A program made the position numbers and the translations under genes. DNA of 64,000 bases, taken from assembly GCA_041937175.2 (NCBI GenBank), contig CP166615.1, forward strand, positions 32,001 through 96,000, written 5' to 3'. The notes under the pieces are model-generated. The model had not been told where the DNA came from, searched no databases, and saw nothing but the letters and a program-made list of their open reading frames with translations. The stretch is from Limnothrix sp. BL-A-16. Its GTDB lineage: Bacteria; Cyanobacteriota; Cyanobacteriia; CACIAM-69d. Of the stretch, positions 31,067 to 41,783 are shown piece after piece (position 1 is the first letter of the stretch; each line of letters opens with the position of its first letter).

Positions 31067-32170
31067 AACATGCTAGTGGGACGTTAATTGGGATGTGAAG
31101 GATTGAGGTTATGGGACGGGCGCTTGATGGGGCGATCGCCCGCAGGATCTTGAGCACCTGAAACTTGAGTGTCCGAACTCTTTACAACAGCCATGATTTT
31201 TTCTCAACCCCCAAGCGACCAGTTATGGCCGCGTCCATGGCTGCGGCCACCGCTATCAGGGGCGATCGCGCGGGCCTGCAAGGCTTAACAGTGGTGTGAC
31301 AAAAACTTCGTATGACTGCCATGGCAATGTCGCACCCGCTGGCTATACCTAGACCATGATGCTGATCTTAGGAAGCAGCTGAAGGGGTTACCCGAATCCC
31401 AACCAAGTGCAGGGCGGGATACCAATCTTTCAGGTTCGGTTATTGCTCCCCGGTCTGTTGTACCCAATTCCAACTTTTGCGATCACTATGGAAAAAGAGT
31501 CGCGCTCAGAAACCTAAAAAGCCTGATTCTTCATTCAAATTTGTGGAGTGAATGACAGCAAAACTTCAGTGCCTCGGTATTTGTTTTGACCCTTAACGTT
31601 ACCGATCGAGCTGAGATCTTGCTTCTGGGAGATTCACCAATGAACTTCAAAGAAACTGAATGCCCATACCTCCCTTCGTGATCACACTCCAGCCTTTCTT
31701 GAATGGCTGATTTCTAGTTCATTTCTGGCTAATTTTGAGCTGATTTTGATGGATTCTGACTAATTTTCGGTTGATTTTCGATTGATTTCTAGCTGATTGC
31801 TGAATTTTCGGTTGTGGCCGGCTTTGGCTAACTGAGTTTTGGCTGGCTTTGGTTGCGTTTTTCGTGGTTTTGCGAAATTGTCGCCTAATGGCTCGCCATA
31901 CCTCTGCTGGGAACTGTTGCCCAAGGTTAATTTAATGAACTTTTTGCAATCCAAGACCGTCTAATTCTTTGTCCCTTTGAGTGTTGCCAGGTGGGTTTTG
32001 GCCGCTCTTGGTTTGTGGACTCTTGACCTTTGGATCTTCAGTGTAGATCCGAATTTGGAATTTGTGGGACTCGTTCCCCTGGGCGTTTTTTGAAACAGAT
32101 TTGCTCGTCAATGAACGCCGATAACGCTGACGAATAACGCCGACTCGCAAGCTCTTGTGCTCGCGTCTTT

Positions 32171-33187
32171 GTGATTGAAAATAGGATGCTGACCATGCCG
32201 ACCGCTATGACTCGCCCCCAAACGCAGCGATCCAAGTCGCGAGAAGGTGACAGTGCCGATTTGGTTCGCGCCTATTTGCACGAAATTGGCCGAGTTCCGT
32301 TGCTGACTGATGAACAGGAAATTATTCTGGGCAAACAAGTGCAGCAAATGATGCGGCTCTTGGACATTCAAGAGAAGCTGGCGGGCGAGTTGGATCGATC
32401 GCCCACGGAGCAGGAATTGGCCGCCGCTGCCCAGGTTTCGGTGGAAGATCTGCGCCAGCAATTGCGGATGGGCGATCGGGCTAAGAAGAAAATGATCGAA
32501 GCCAATTTGCGCCTTGTGGTTTCGATCGCCAAGAAATACCAAAAACGCAACCTAGAACTCTTAGACCTGATCCAAGAAGGCAGCTTGGGTTTGGAGCGCG
32601 GGGTGGAAAAGTTTGACCCCATGATGGGCTACAAATTTTCAACCTATGCCTACTGGTGGATTCGCCAAGCGATTACGCGGGCGATCGCCCAACAATCACG
32701 CGCCATCCGCCTGCCGATTCACATCACCGAAAAGCTGAATAAGGTGAAGCGGGTGCAACGGGAGTTAACCCAAAAACTGGGTCGATCGCCCAAGCTCTCG
32801 GAAGTGGCGGCCGAGCTGGAGTTGGAACCGGCCCAAGTGCGGGAATTCATGCTGATTTCGCGGCAACCGGTTTCCCTGGAATTGCGAGTGGGTGACAACC
32901 AAGATACGGAACTTCAGGACTTGCTGGAAGATGAAGGCGATCTGCCGGAAGATTACGCCAGCCGCGAGGCCCTGCGCTTGGATTTGCAAGCCCTGTTGGC
33001 GGAGCTGACTCCTCAACAACGGGATGTGATTACCCTGCGTTTTGGCCTCGAAGATGGTCGGGAACTGTCTTTGGCCAAGGTGGGCGATCGACTCAACATC
33101 AGCCGTGAGCGGGTGCGTCAGTTGGAACACCAAGCCCTGAAGCAACTGCGCCGTCGCACCGATGTGCGGGAATATTTGGCGAGCTAA
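32171..33187 (+). CDS. Group 2 sigma-70 factor (SigB-like)
   Basis: DLVRAYLHEIGRVPLL, ANLRLVVSIAKKY, YKFSTYAYWWIRQAITR and SRERVRQLE; exact start uncertain (several ATGs at 32186-32207). Confidence 0.93.
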   Translation: MIENRMLTMPTAMTRPQTQRSKSREGDSADLVRAYLHEIGRVPLLTDEQEIILGKQVQQMMRLLDIQEKLAGELDRSPTEQELAAAAQVSVEDLRQQLRMGDRAKKKMIEANLRLVVSIAKKYQKRNLELLDLIQEGSLGLERGVEKFDPMMGYKFSTYAYWWIRQAITRAIAQQSRAIRLPIHITEKLNKVKRVQRELTQKLGRSPKLSEVAAELELEPAQVREFMLISRQPVSLELRVGDNQDTELQDLLEDEGDLPEDYASREALRLDLQALLAELTPQQRDVITLRFGLEDGRELSLAKVGDRLNISRERVRQLEHQALKQLRRRTDVREYLAS

Positions 33188-33255
33188 CGGCCGCCTCAAT
33201 CCGCCTGCAACAAACCGATTGCGACCGACTGATTTCGACAAACGAATTGCAACAA

Positions 33256-33286
33256 AAAGCGGCGTTCCCGATCGGGTCGCCGCTTT
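33256..33286. terminator. Hairpin downstream of the sigma factor gene
   Basis: AAAGCGGCG...CGCCGCTTT inverted repeat. Confidence 0.5.
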
Positions 33287-33427
33287 CCAGTTCTAGTTGC
33301 GTCGTTTTAGTGCATCCGAGGAAACGAAAAATCTGTCGTGAGGCAAGCCGCGTCTCCCAAAACGCGATTGCATCAGGAATTCAATCTTCGCAGTGTGCTA
33401 TCCGGTCGGATTTGCTTCGACCTGATT

Positions 33428-33441
33428 GTAGCTGAAGATAC
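33428..33441. promoter_or_regulatory. Possible NtcA box GTA-N8-TAC upstream of the JAB/moeB genes
   Basis: GTAGCTGAAGATAC in an AT-rich intergenic region; no canonically spaced -10 box seen. Confidence 0.3.
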
Positions 33442-33568
33442 GAAAAATTTTGTAACATTTTTTTGCAAAATCTGGCCAAGATTCTGTAAAGAATTTGCAA
33501 AATCTCCAAACACCTGCTGCATCCCTCGCTTCTCCCAAAGCACCGGTAACGGCGATGGCTTTTGAACG

Positions 33569-34117
33569 ATGACTCTCAAACTTTCCCGATCGCTCCTGGA
33601 GCAACTTTGCCAAGCAGCGGAAGCAGCTTTGCCCTATGAATGTTGCGGCCTGTTGCTGGGCCGGCAAGTGCGCGCATTAGTTGAATCACCGGTTGAATTA
33701 CCGGTTGGCCTAAGGGATCCAGCCCCCGAAGCTTCCATGGGGCCGATCGAGGTGATTGTCCATGAGCTGTGGCCCGCCAATAACGACTGGGAACAGCTCA
33801 CCGATGAACCCTTTCGCACTTTGGATCCGATCCCCGCTGGCGAAACCAGCCCCGAGCGGCGCTACGCGATCGCCCCGACCACGATGTTGGCGGCCATGCG
33901 GGCCGGCCGTGCCCGTAACCTTGATATCATTGGGGTTTATCATTCACACCCGCAACATCCGGCCGTTCCATCCGAGTTCGATCGCGCCTGTGCTTGGCCT
34001 GACTACTCGTACCTGATCCTGTCGGTAAAAGGCGATCAAACTGTGGACTGGCAAAGCTGGCGACTCGATCCCGATCGCCAGTTTCAGCCCGAGCCGATCG
34101 TCCTCTGTGGATCCTGA
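33569..34117 (+). CDS. M67 (JAB/Mov34) family metallopeptidase
   Basis: PYECCGLLLG and YHSHP...PSEFD JAMM motif. Confidence 0.92.
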   Translation: MTLKLSRSLLEQLCQAAEAALPYECCGLLLGRQVRALVESPVELPVGLRDPAPEASMGPIEVIVHELWPANNDWEQLTDEPFRTLDPIPAGETSPERRYAIAPTTMLAAMRAGRARNLDIIGVYHSHPQHPAVPSEFDRACAWPDYSYLILSVKGDQTVDWQSWRLDPDRQFQPEPIVLCGS

Positions 34118-34289
34118 TTGTTGATCTCAACTGCCCCTGGCGCGCCCGGTTGCTTGCCACTGCGATTCGTTGATTTTCCCCCAGGTCAATTGCCCCCAAG
34201 GTGATGCCTGGATTGGAAACCCCTCACAGCGATCGAGGGCGCGATCGCCCCCCGCGATCGGGCATCGAACCCAAACCACCTCGCAACCT

Positions 34290-35453
34290 ATGCTGAATAT
34301 CGATACCAGCAACACACAACTCCTAAAAGAAGAGTACGAACGCTACTCTCGACACCTCATCCTGCCCGAAGTGGGACTGGAAGGCCAAAAGCGCCTGAAA
34401 GCCGCCAGCGTGCTCTGCATTGGCAGCGGCGGTTTGGGTTCGCCCCTGCTGCTCTACCTCGCCGCCGCCGGTATTGGCCGGATTGGCTTGGTGGACTTTG
34501 ACGTGGTGGACTACTCCAACCTGCAACGCCAAGTCATCCACGGCACATCCTGGGTTGGCAAACCCAAAATCGAATCCGCCAAAAATCGGATCCTCGAAAT
34601 TAACCCCTACTGCCAAGTGGATCTGTACGAGGCGCGGCTCAGTTCTGAAAACGCCCTCGACATCTTCCGCCCCTACGACATCGTGGTAGACGGAACGGAC
34701 AACTTCCCCACCCGCTACCTGGTGAACGACGCTTGTGTTCTGCTCGACAAGCCCAACGTTTACGGCTCCATCTTCCGGTTCGAGGGCCAAGCCACCGTCT
34801 TTAACTACGAAGGCGGCCCCAACTACCGCGATCTCTACCCCGAACCCCCGCCGCCGGGCATGGTTCCCTCCTGCGCCGAAGGCGGTGTGTTGGGAATTTT
34901 GCCGGGGATCATTGGCGTAATCCAAGCCACGGAAACCGTCAAAATCATCCTGGGCAAGGGCACGACCCTGAATGGTCGTCTGTTGCTGTATAACGCCTTG
35001 GATATGAAGTTCCGGGAACTGAAGTTGCGGCCCAACCCTGAACGTCCCGTCATTGAAAAGTTGATTGACTATCAACAATTCTGTGGGTTACCGCCCGTGG
35101 GCCAAGCCGAAGAAAAGCCCGACGTGGCCGAAATGAGCGTCACGGACTTGAAATCGTTGATCGACAGCGGCGAAGACTTCCTGCTCTTGGATGTGCGCAA
35201 CCCCAATGAGTTTGAAATTGGCCGCATTCCGGGATCGGTGTTGGTGCCGTTGCCCGACATCGAAAGCGGCAATGGGGTTGGGAAGGTGAAAGACCTGCTC
35301 AAGGGCCGCAAGTTGGTGGTTCACTGCAAGATGGGTGGGCGATCGGCCAAGGCCCTCGGGATCCTGCAAAAGTCTGGCATTGATGGCATCAACGTCAAGG
35401 GCGGGATCAATGCTTGGAGCCAAGAGGTGGATCCTTCGGTTCCCCAATACTAG
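34290..35453 (+). CDS. moeB: MoeB/MoeZ adenylyltransferase (ThiF plus rhodanese)
   Basis: RYSRHLIL, GSGGLGSP, SNLQRQ and DGTDNF; C-terminal DVRNPNE...HCKMGGRS rhodanese. Confidence 0.93.
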   Translation: MLNIDTSNTQLLKEEYERYSRHLILPEVGLEGQKRLKAASVLCIGSGGLGSPLLLYLAAAGIGRIGLVDFDVVDYSNLQRQVIHGTSWVGKPKIESAKNRILEINPYCQVDLYEARLSSENALDIFRPYDIVVDGTDNFPTRYLVNDACVLLDKPNVYGSIFRFEGQATVFNYEGGPNYRDLYPEPPPPGMVPSCAEGGVLGILPGIIGVIQATETVKIILGKGTTLNGRLLLYNALDMKFRELKLRPNPERPVIEKLIDYQQFCGLPPVGQAEEKPDVAEMSVTDLKSLIDSGEDFLLLDVRNPNEFEIGRIPGSVLVPLPDIESGNGVGKVKDLLKGRKLVVHCKMGGRSAKALGILQKSGIDGINVKGGINAWSQEVDPSVPQY

Positions 35454-35459
35454 TTCTTG

Positions 35460-35565
35460 ATCCCAGCTTGCAATCCCAGCTTGCAATCCCACTGAGTTGT
35501 GCGGATCTGGTTGGTACAAATCTGGTTGGTGCAAATCTGGTTGGTGCAAATCTGGTTGGTGCAAA
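35460..35565. repeat. Short tandem repeats: ATCCCAGCTTGCA x2+ and ATCTGGTTGGTGCAA x4
   Basis: Read directly downstream of the moeB stop. Confidence 0.85.
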
Positions 35566-35822
35566 GCGGCGGTTCATCTTCATGAAGAGGACTGCCGCTT
35601 TTGCATGGTTCGATTTCCTGAGCATCCTTGGGCAGAGGGCGATCGCCCCTCAGGGGTGATCGGGCTACCTAGACTTTTCAACCCCTTTCGATAAAATGGA
35701 AATTGAACGGTTCAGTAAAAACTCCTAGCCTCCATCGCTCGATTCGTCCATCGAGGGTGCGATCGTTCGGCGCTTTGGCCCTCCGGTCAGCATTACCCAA
35801 TCCCTTAACTTTCTTGGGTTAA

Positions 35823-36458
35823 TTGGCTGTCCCTGCCTCAGTTCCGCTCGGTATTTCTGGTCGTCCAAATGCTCTGTCTCCAGTTGTGATGGCCCCCACA
35901 GTTCGCCAAGAAAAACATCAGTGGCGCAAGCTGAGTTTCCCTTCAACGCTGCATTTGTGCCCTGTTCTGGATTTGTTAGTGGAAGATGTCCCGGAGCCTT
36001 GGCGCTTTGAAGTGCGCCTTGGGTTGCAGGAGGCTTTGGTCAATGCGGTGAAGCATGGTAATGGCCTTGACCCGGGAAAACGAGTGTGTGTTCACTTTTC
36101 CGCTCGCAGCCACCGCTACTGGTGGATGATTTCCGATCGGGGGGCAGGATTTAAGCCCCCCTGTTGTTGCCATGCGCCGCCGTTGCCACCTGTGGCCATG
36201 GATGCGGATCTGGATGATGTGACCATGGATTTGGATGCGGTGGAAGATCTGTTGCCGGGTAACGAGGGGGAATGCGGCCGCGGCTTATTCATCCTGCATC
36301 AAGTGTTTAATCGGGTGGAGTGGCAAGAAGACGGCCGCGTGTTGCATCTGTACAAGGAAACGGATCCGATCCGAATCTCGAAGCGGCAGCGATTGGCCCA
36401 AGCGGCCCAAGGTTTGCGGGCCAGTTTGCGAGAACGCTATGTGGCGTTCGTGCGTTAG
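35823..36458 (+). CDS. RsbW-like anti-sigma / HATPase_c protein
   Basis: LGLQEALVNAVKHGN, ISDRGAGF and GRGLFI; start uncertain. Confidence 0.85.
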   Translation: MAVPASVPLGISGRPNALSPVVMAPTVRQEKHQWRKLSFPSTLHLCPVLDLLVEDVPEPWRFEVRLGLQEALVNAVKHGNGLDPGKRVCVHFSARSHRYWWMISDRGAGFKPPCCCHAPPLPPVAMDADLDDVTMDLDAVEDLLPGNEGECGRGLFILHQVFNRVEWQEDGRVLHLYKETDPIRISKRQRLAQAAQGLRASLRERYVAFVR

Positions 36459-36751
36459 CGATCATGATCGGGGCAGGGCGGGGCGCTCACGGTGCGATCG
36501 AGCCATCCCGCCGCCTGCTGCAAATGCTCAAGGGCCATTTGGGGTTGGTCGCGCAACAGGGCCACCAAGGCTGCGGCCGCCTGCTCCCGGGCCCGGATCG
36601 ATCGATTCCCCTTTTGTCGATGCCAATCCCCGTTGCTCAGCGCCAACCGAGACGCGAGCACCTGGGCCAACTCCAAATCGGTCAGCTCCTGACAGGGTTT
36701 CGTTTCCAGGGGATTGGTAATTGGCTGATGGGCAAAAAGGGAAGGTTTCAT
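36455..36751 (-). CDS. DUF6439-like conserved cyanobacterial protein
   Basis: ELAQVLASRL...DWHRQK.NR..RAREQ...GWLDR...PPCPDH. Confidence 0.75.
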   Translation of the reverse strand: MKPSLFAHQPITNPLETKPCQELTDLELAQVLASRLALSNGDWHRQKGNRSIRAREQAAAALVALLRDQPQMALEHLQQAAGWLDRTVSAPPCPDHDR

Positions 36752-36892
36752 AGGTTGTTCGATCGCCCCGTCGAAGCTAAGGGGCAGGAAGTCAGGAAAT
36801 ATTGCCTTCAGTGTGGCGACCTTTCCCGGAAAAATCAAATCTAATTACTAATTCAAACCATCGGATCCAAACCATCAGTCCAAACCACTAGA

Positions 36893-37255
36893 GACAAGGG
36901 GCTTGGGGCATGTCGTCGTTGAGCACGAAACCCTAGATCTGCCGGGATCGTGGGGGACAAGGGGCTTAGGGCATGTCGTCGTTGAGCACGAAACCCTAGA
37001 TCTGCCGTTGGCGGATCGTGGGGGACAAGGGGCTTAGGGCCTGTCGTCGTTGAGCACGAAACCCTAGATCTGCCGGGATCGTGGGGGACAAGGGGCTTAA
37101 GCCCCTTGTTACGACCATTAGGGCACGGAAGATCAACCGGTTCGGCCGCCTGATTGAGCGCGTTAACCTCCCACCCTTGTTACGACCATTAGGGCACGGA
37201 AGATCAACCGTTTCAGCATCACCTCGATCAATGACGACACCCCCTAAGCCCTTTG
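36893..37255 (+). mobile_element. Nested/tandem MITE array (three left arms, one intact palindrome, two right arms)
   Basis: Left TIR GGGC(A/C)TGTCGTC follows CAAGGGGCTT(A/G) three times; the final right TIR GACGACACCCCC is followed by TAAGCCCTTTG. Confidence 0.8.
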
Positions 37256-37406
37256 CCCCCTCTGATCGCGCAATGGTCAGGGTTTTGGGGATCTGATGGC
37301 TGCTCTGAAGTCTCGTACCCCTTTGATCGCTGATTGCGCAGCGATCGGCAAGTTCGAGGTAGCTCAATTTCGAGGTGACGATCGGCTCAGATTGATGGTT
37401 GCGCAA

Positions 37407-37634
37407 TTACGATTCCACGATCGTTAATTCACCATCCCGAAAATGGCCGCGAAACTTCCCTTCAAATTGCACCAAAAAGGGAAAGTTGGCGCTGACGGGG
37501 CGGCCCTGGTGCTCAGTGACGATCGCAATGATTTCCCCTTCCTTGCCTTCCAGGTTGTAGGGTTTGCCCCGATGCTCCGGGTAGTGGTAGACCTCTACGG
37601 TGGTGCTGACACGCACGCGATCGCCGACTTTCAT
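37407..37634 (-). CDS. ftrV: Ferredoxin-thioredoxin reductase variable chain
   Basis: MKVGDRVRV...VYHYPEHR...GRPVSANFPFLVQF...FRGHFR..EL. Confidence 0.92.
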   Translation of the reverse strand: MKVGDRVRVSTTVEVYHYPEHRGKPYNLEGKEGEIIAIVTEHQGRPVSANFPFLVQFEGKFRGHFRDGELTIVES

Positions 37635-37821
37635 AACCTCTGACAGCTCGCTAATAAACTTGGGTGGTTGAGCACGATCTGGAATGCCCAGAACGCAGAA
37701 TTACCTACGTGGCGTTCGGTTCCAGTCGCGATTTTGGTCGTGATTCTGGATTTTCCCACACAAACCGCAGCGGAAACGGGTGATTAAGAGATCAATAACT
37801 AGCCATCAAAAAATTCACTGA

Positions 37822-39915
37822 CTAGGGGCCGGGAACGGGTAGTTCTTCGGTGGTGGTGCTGGGCGCAGGCTTGCCCGGCTGTGTGGGGCGGCTGGGCGAG
37901 GAGGGTGTACGGTTGGGATCGGGTCGATCGCCCCCGGAGGGACGCAGGGCGATGGCCAGGGCGATCACCCCCAAAATGACCAAGGCGATCGCGCCCAGAC
38001 CCATCCACTGGGGTTTGCCCAGTCCCGGGTGCGATCGGCGGCGACGCTGGGAACGGGGGGGACGGCTGGTGGTTTGCAACAGGGCTTGGGACGCTTCGGA
38101 CATTTCCGATTCCCAGGTGGCCGGAGCCAGGGCCACGGCTTCGGGGGCCGCAGTCCAGGGATCGGGAATGCCCACGTTCAGGGGACTGAGACGACAAAGC
38201 AGGGCCACGGCGGTGGTGTTGTCGCTGCCATTGGTGGCGACGGCGGCGGCCACCCAGGCTTTGAGGGTCTCGTTGAGCGATCGCGTGCCGGTCACAATCC
38301 CCAATCCGTATTCCCGCCAGGTTTGTTCCACCCAACCCCGATCGCTGAACCCATCGGAACAAAGCAACAGCAGCCCATCCTCATCCACAATCCAGCGTTG
38401 AACATGGGGGTGCAAATTCTCTGCTTCCTTGGCTCCCAGGGCTTGGGCGATCGCGCTGCCATTGGGTTGGTTCAGGGCTTCGCGATAGGCACGGAAACCG
38501 GTTTCTGCCTCGCGGCCCGCCAGGTCGTCATCCACCGTCAAGGGAATGCAGCCGCCCATGGAAATCCAATAGGCTCGACAGTCGCCCACGTGAGCAATGT
38601 AGAGATCGCGGGCAATGGTGGCTTGTTCCACGAAGGGGGGCCGCAGGGGTTGGGGCAGGGCGATCGCCAGGGCGGTGGTGGTGGCCATCCGCTGGCGGGC
38701 TTCCCGGCCTTGGCTGTCGTTTTGGGTGGCAATCAGATTGTTGGCTACCCGCAGCATGGCCCGAATCTGTTCCGTGGCGATCGGGGCTTCGATCGATTCG
38801 CCGCTTGTAATCGCCTCAGAAATCAGAGCTTGGGCCTGCAATTGCAATGACTGCATGGCCATTTGGCTGGCCACTTCGCCCCGTTCGCGCCCACCCAACC
38901 CATCGCAAACAATCGCCACGCCGGGATCAATCGCCCCCACGGGCGGCAAGGGCGAAAAGGTGTCGGGATAGCAGGTGTCTTCGTTGTTCGATCGCTGGCG
39001 ACCCGGATCCGTGAGGCCCGCTGCGGTCACCGTCAAATCGTATTGAGCTTGGGTTTCTTGGATCAGGCGATCGAGCAGGCTGGCCGCTCCGGCCGCATTC
39101 AACGCGCCTTGGCGAATTTGGGTACACCAATCCTGAAGCCGCACTCCCAGCAGGGCATCGGTTTCCGTCGAGACCTGTGGCAACCAACCGGTTAGCCAAG
39201 CAAACCACAAATCCCCCAACCGCCGAAAATTCCCTTCCCGATCAGCCTCATCGGCCATCAACTCCCGCAGCCACAAACGCCCCCCCTGAATCCGCACGTT
39301 TTGTAACGAAAGCAGGCTGGCGGTCACGCCTTCCGCTGCCAGGGCGGGCCATAGGTCTAACAGTTGTCGCAACCAATGGAGTCGCCGCAGATTTCGGGCC
39401 CCACCCCAAGCTTCATTAATGCTCGGGTAGGGTTGACCCTGATCGTTCAGGGGCGCGTTTTCCAGCAGGATTGTATCGGGTGACTGATCACCCATTAAGC
39501 AAAGACCATAAAACTGAGGCACGTGGCGGGCCCAGCGATGGAGCCGCAGATAGGGCAGGGATCGATCGGGCAGTTGGGGCGGCACATCGGGCGATCGGGC
39601 CGGTTCCGTCTCCAGCCACACAGACGGCGCTTGCACGTAATAGCGCCCGGCCACCATGCTGCCCACCGGAATCGCTGCCGCCACTTCTCCCACGGCCCAC
39701 AGGTAGCGATAGAGCAGCGGTGTTTGACACTCGCTACAGCGCTCCCGCCCGATCGCATTGCGAGGTTGGGCACAATTTGGATTTACGCAATAGATGGGCG
39801 GCTCAAGTCCGTTCATGGCTGGCAAGCACAGTAGCGGATACCGCTCGATTGTATCCCTGGAATCTTCCGGATCCCGCCGATCCACGGATCCCATTGATGG
39901 ATCAAGTTGAATCAA
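37822..39915 (-). CDS. PP2C-type Ser/Thr phosphatase with N-terminal 4-Cys domain and C-terminal TM helix
   Basis: YCVNPNC...CSEC; TDPGRQRSNNED, VCDGLGG, AHVGDCRAY, LLLCSDG and DN motifs; start uncertain. Confidence 0.88.
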   Translation of the reverse strand: MIQLDPSMGSVDRRDPEDSRDTIERYPLLCLPAMNGLEPPIYCVNPNCAQPRNAIGRERCSECQTPLLYRYLWAVGEVAAAIPVGSMVAGRYYVQAPSVWLETEPARSPDVPPQLPDRSLPYLRLHRWARHVPQFYGLCLMGDQSPDTILLENAPLNDQGQPYPSINEAWGGARNLRRLHWLRQLLDLWPALAAEGVTASLLSLQNVRIQGGRLWLRELMADEADREGNFRRLGDLWFAWLTGWLPQVSTETDALLGVRLQDWCTQIRQGALNAAGAASLLDRLIQETQAQYDLTVTAAGLTDPGRQRSNNEDTCYPDTFSPLPPVGAIDPGVAIVCDGLGGRERGEVASQMAMQSLQLQAQALISEAITSGESIEAPIATEQIRAMLRVANNLIATQNDSQGREARQRMATTTALAIALPQPLRPPFVEQATIARDLYIAHVGDCRAYWISMGGCIPLTVDDDLAGREAETGFRAYREALNQPNGSAIAQALGAKEAENLHPHVQRWIVDEDGLLLLCSDGFSDRGWVEQTWREYGLGIVTGTRSLNETLKAWVAAAVATNGSDNTTAVALLCRLSPLNVGIPDPWTAAPEAVALAPATWESEMSEASQALLQTTSRPPRSQRRRRSHPGLGKPQWMGLGAIALVILGVIALAIALRPSGGDRPDPNRTPSSPSRPTQPGKPAPSTTTEELPVPGP

Positions 39916-40064
39916 CTGGATTACTCCATCGATTCAACAGTGTTCACCGTTCACCGGAAACGAATCAACGGGCCCCCTCAACAGGACAGCCCAAAACCCG
40001 AAAGCTAGAATGGCCTCAGACCGGTCGGCTCTTGCCACCCCTCCCTTCTGAACAGCCGGTTCCT

Positions 40065-40508
40065 ATGTCCTTAACCACCCTTTGGATCCTGCTTGGTGCA
40101 GGGTTGTGTTTAGCAGAACTGTTTGTGCCCACGGCCTTTGTGGCGGCGGTGATGGGAGTCAGTGCGCTGGTGGTGGCTCTGGTGTCGGTGGTGTTGCCCA
40201 GTGCGCCCCTGCAAGTGGGGCTGTGGTTGGGGTTGTCGGTGGTGATGATTCGGGCGGCCCGGCAATGGCTCGATCGCCCCGCCCCGAAGCAACATTGGGA
40301 CGCGATCGAGGGGCAAACCCTCACCGCAATTGCCCCCGGCCAACCCGGCCGCGTCCTCTATGAAGGACAATCCTGGGCCGCCCGTTGCCAAGACACCAGC
40401 CAGGCGATCGCCCCGCAAACCCCTGTGTATATCGTTGGCCGCCAGGGGACAACCCTGTGGGTGCTACCGATCGAGCATTGGCCAGACAACCTAGAAACAG
40501 AGGCATAA
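40065..40508 (+). CDS. NfeD family protein
   Basis: Hydrophobic N-terminus, GRVLYEGQSWAA and VYIVGRQGTTLWV; abuts the SPFH gene. Confidence 0.88.
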   Translation: MSLTTLWILLGAGLCLAELFVPTAFVAAVMGVSALVVALVSVVLPSAPLQVGLWLGLSVVMIRAARQWLDRPAPKQHWDAIEGQTLTAIAPGQPGRVLYEGQSWAARCQDTSQAIAPQTPVYIVGRQGTTLWVLPIEHWPDNLETEA

Positions 40509-41447
40509 ATGAGCACTTTCTTGATCCTTGCCCTCGCCCTGGGCGGCACAGCCCTCTCGGGCATCAAAATCATCAACCAGGGTGATGAAGCCTTGGTGGA
40601 GCAGTTGGGAAAATACAAGGGAAAACGCCTGGAACCGGGCATTAACTACGTGATTCCCGTGCTGGAGCGTGTGGCCTATCGGCAAACCTTGCGGGAACGG
40701 GTGATTGATATTCCGCCCCAGCAATGCATCACCCGGGACAATGTGAGCATTACGGCCGATGCCGTGGTCTATTGGCGAGTGGTAGATCTCGAAAAATCTT
40801 TTTATAAGGTTGAAAATCTGCAAATGGCCATGACGAATTTGGTGTTGACCCAGATTCGATCGGAAATGGGCAAATTGGAACTGGATGAAACCTTCACCGC
40901 CCGGGAACGGGTGAACGAAGTTCTGCTTCAGGATTTGGACATTGCCACGGATCCTTGGGGTGTGAAGGTGACCCGGGTGGAACTGCGCGACATCATCCCC
41001 TCCAAGGCCGTGCAGGAATCGATGGAGCTGCAAATGTCCGCCGAGCGGCGCAAACGGGCGGCCATTCTCACCTCGGAAGGGGAGCGGGAATCGGCGGTGA
41101 ACTCCGCCCGCGGCCAAGCGGAGGCCCAAGTGCTGGAGGCGGAAGCTCGGCAAAAGGCGGCGATTTTGGCGGCGGAGGGGGAACGTCAGGCGATCGTCCT
41201 GAAGGCCCGGGCTGACCAAGAGCGACAGGTGCTGCAAGCTCAGGCTACGGCGCAGGCCCTGAAAATTGTGGCCCAGTCACTTCAGCAAGATCCCAAAGCG
41301 GCGGAGGCCCTGCAATTTTTGATCGCCCAAAGCTATTTGGCGACGGGCCAGGCGATCGGCAGCAGCAACAGCAGCAAGGTGATGTTCATGGATCCGCGCA
41401 ATATTTTGTCCACCCTCGAAAGTCTAAAGACATTGACGGGCGATTAA
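40509..41447 (+). CDS. SPFH/stomatin (band 7) protein
   Basis: [24 protein letters not shown] and [10 protein letters not shown]. Confidence 0.93.
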   Translation: MSTFLILALALGGTALSGIKIINQGDEALVEQLGKYKGKRLEPGINYVIPVLERVAYRQTLRERVIDIPPQQCITRDNVSITADAVVYWRVVDLEKSFYKVENLQMAMTNLVLTQIRSEMGKLELDETFTARERVNEVLLQDLDIATDPWGVKVTRVELRDIIPSKAVQESMELQMSAERRKRAAILTSEGERESAVNSARGQAEAQVLEAEARQKAAILAAEGERQAIVLKARADQERQVLQAQATAQALKIVAQSLQQDPKAAEALQFLIAQSYLATGQAIGSSNSSKVMFMDPRNILSTLESLKTLTGD

Positions 41448-41783
41448 GCCTAGGGGGCGATCGGGCAGCGGCTCCAATGCGCGATCGGGCAGCGGCTCCA
41501 ATGCGCGATCAAGCCAATCCCTCAGCCCTTACCACTCATCAACAGTTCATTAACTTGCGCCAGTGGTCTCAGGCGCTTGGGCAATCTTCCGGCCCTGCGC
41601 TTAAATGGGGGCGGGACTTGCGGCGCTCGGCCTTGGATCGATCGGGATGGATCGGGATCGGTCAGGATCGATCGGGACTGGATGGATTCTGGGTTTGGAT
41701 CTGGACTCGGATCGAGTCGATCGAGCCGTGGCGACCATTTCCCAATCAGCTTCCCCGGGACTCAGCGAGGCATTAACCAAATC

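Noticed and set aside
33569..35453. JAB peptidase plus E1-like enzyme as a ubiquitin-like antiphage system (CBASS Cap2/Cap3, Bil)
   Set aside because: The E1 is a canonical MoeB/MoeZ with rhodanese, and no E2, cyclase or Ubl gene is adjacent. This pair is ordinary sulfur-carrier metabolism in cyanobacteria.
36893..37255. Possible CRISPR array
   Set aside because: The intervening sequences are near-identical rather than unique spacers, there are no cas genes, and MITE arms explain the structure.
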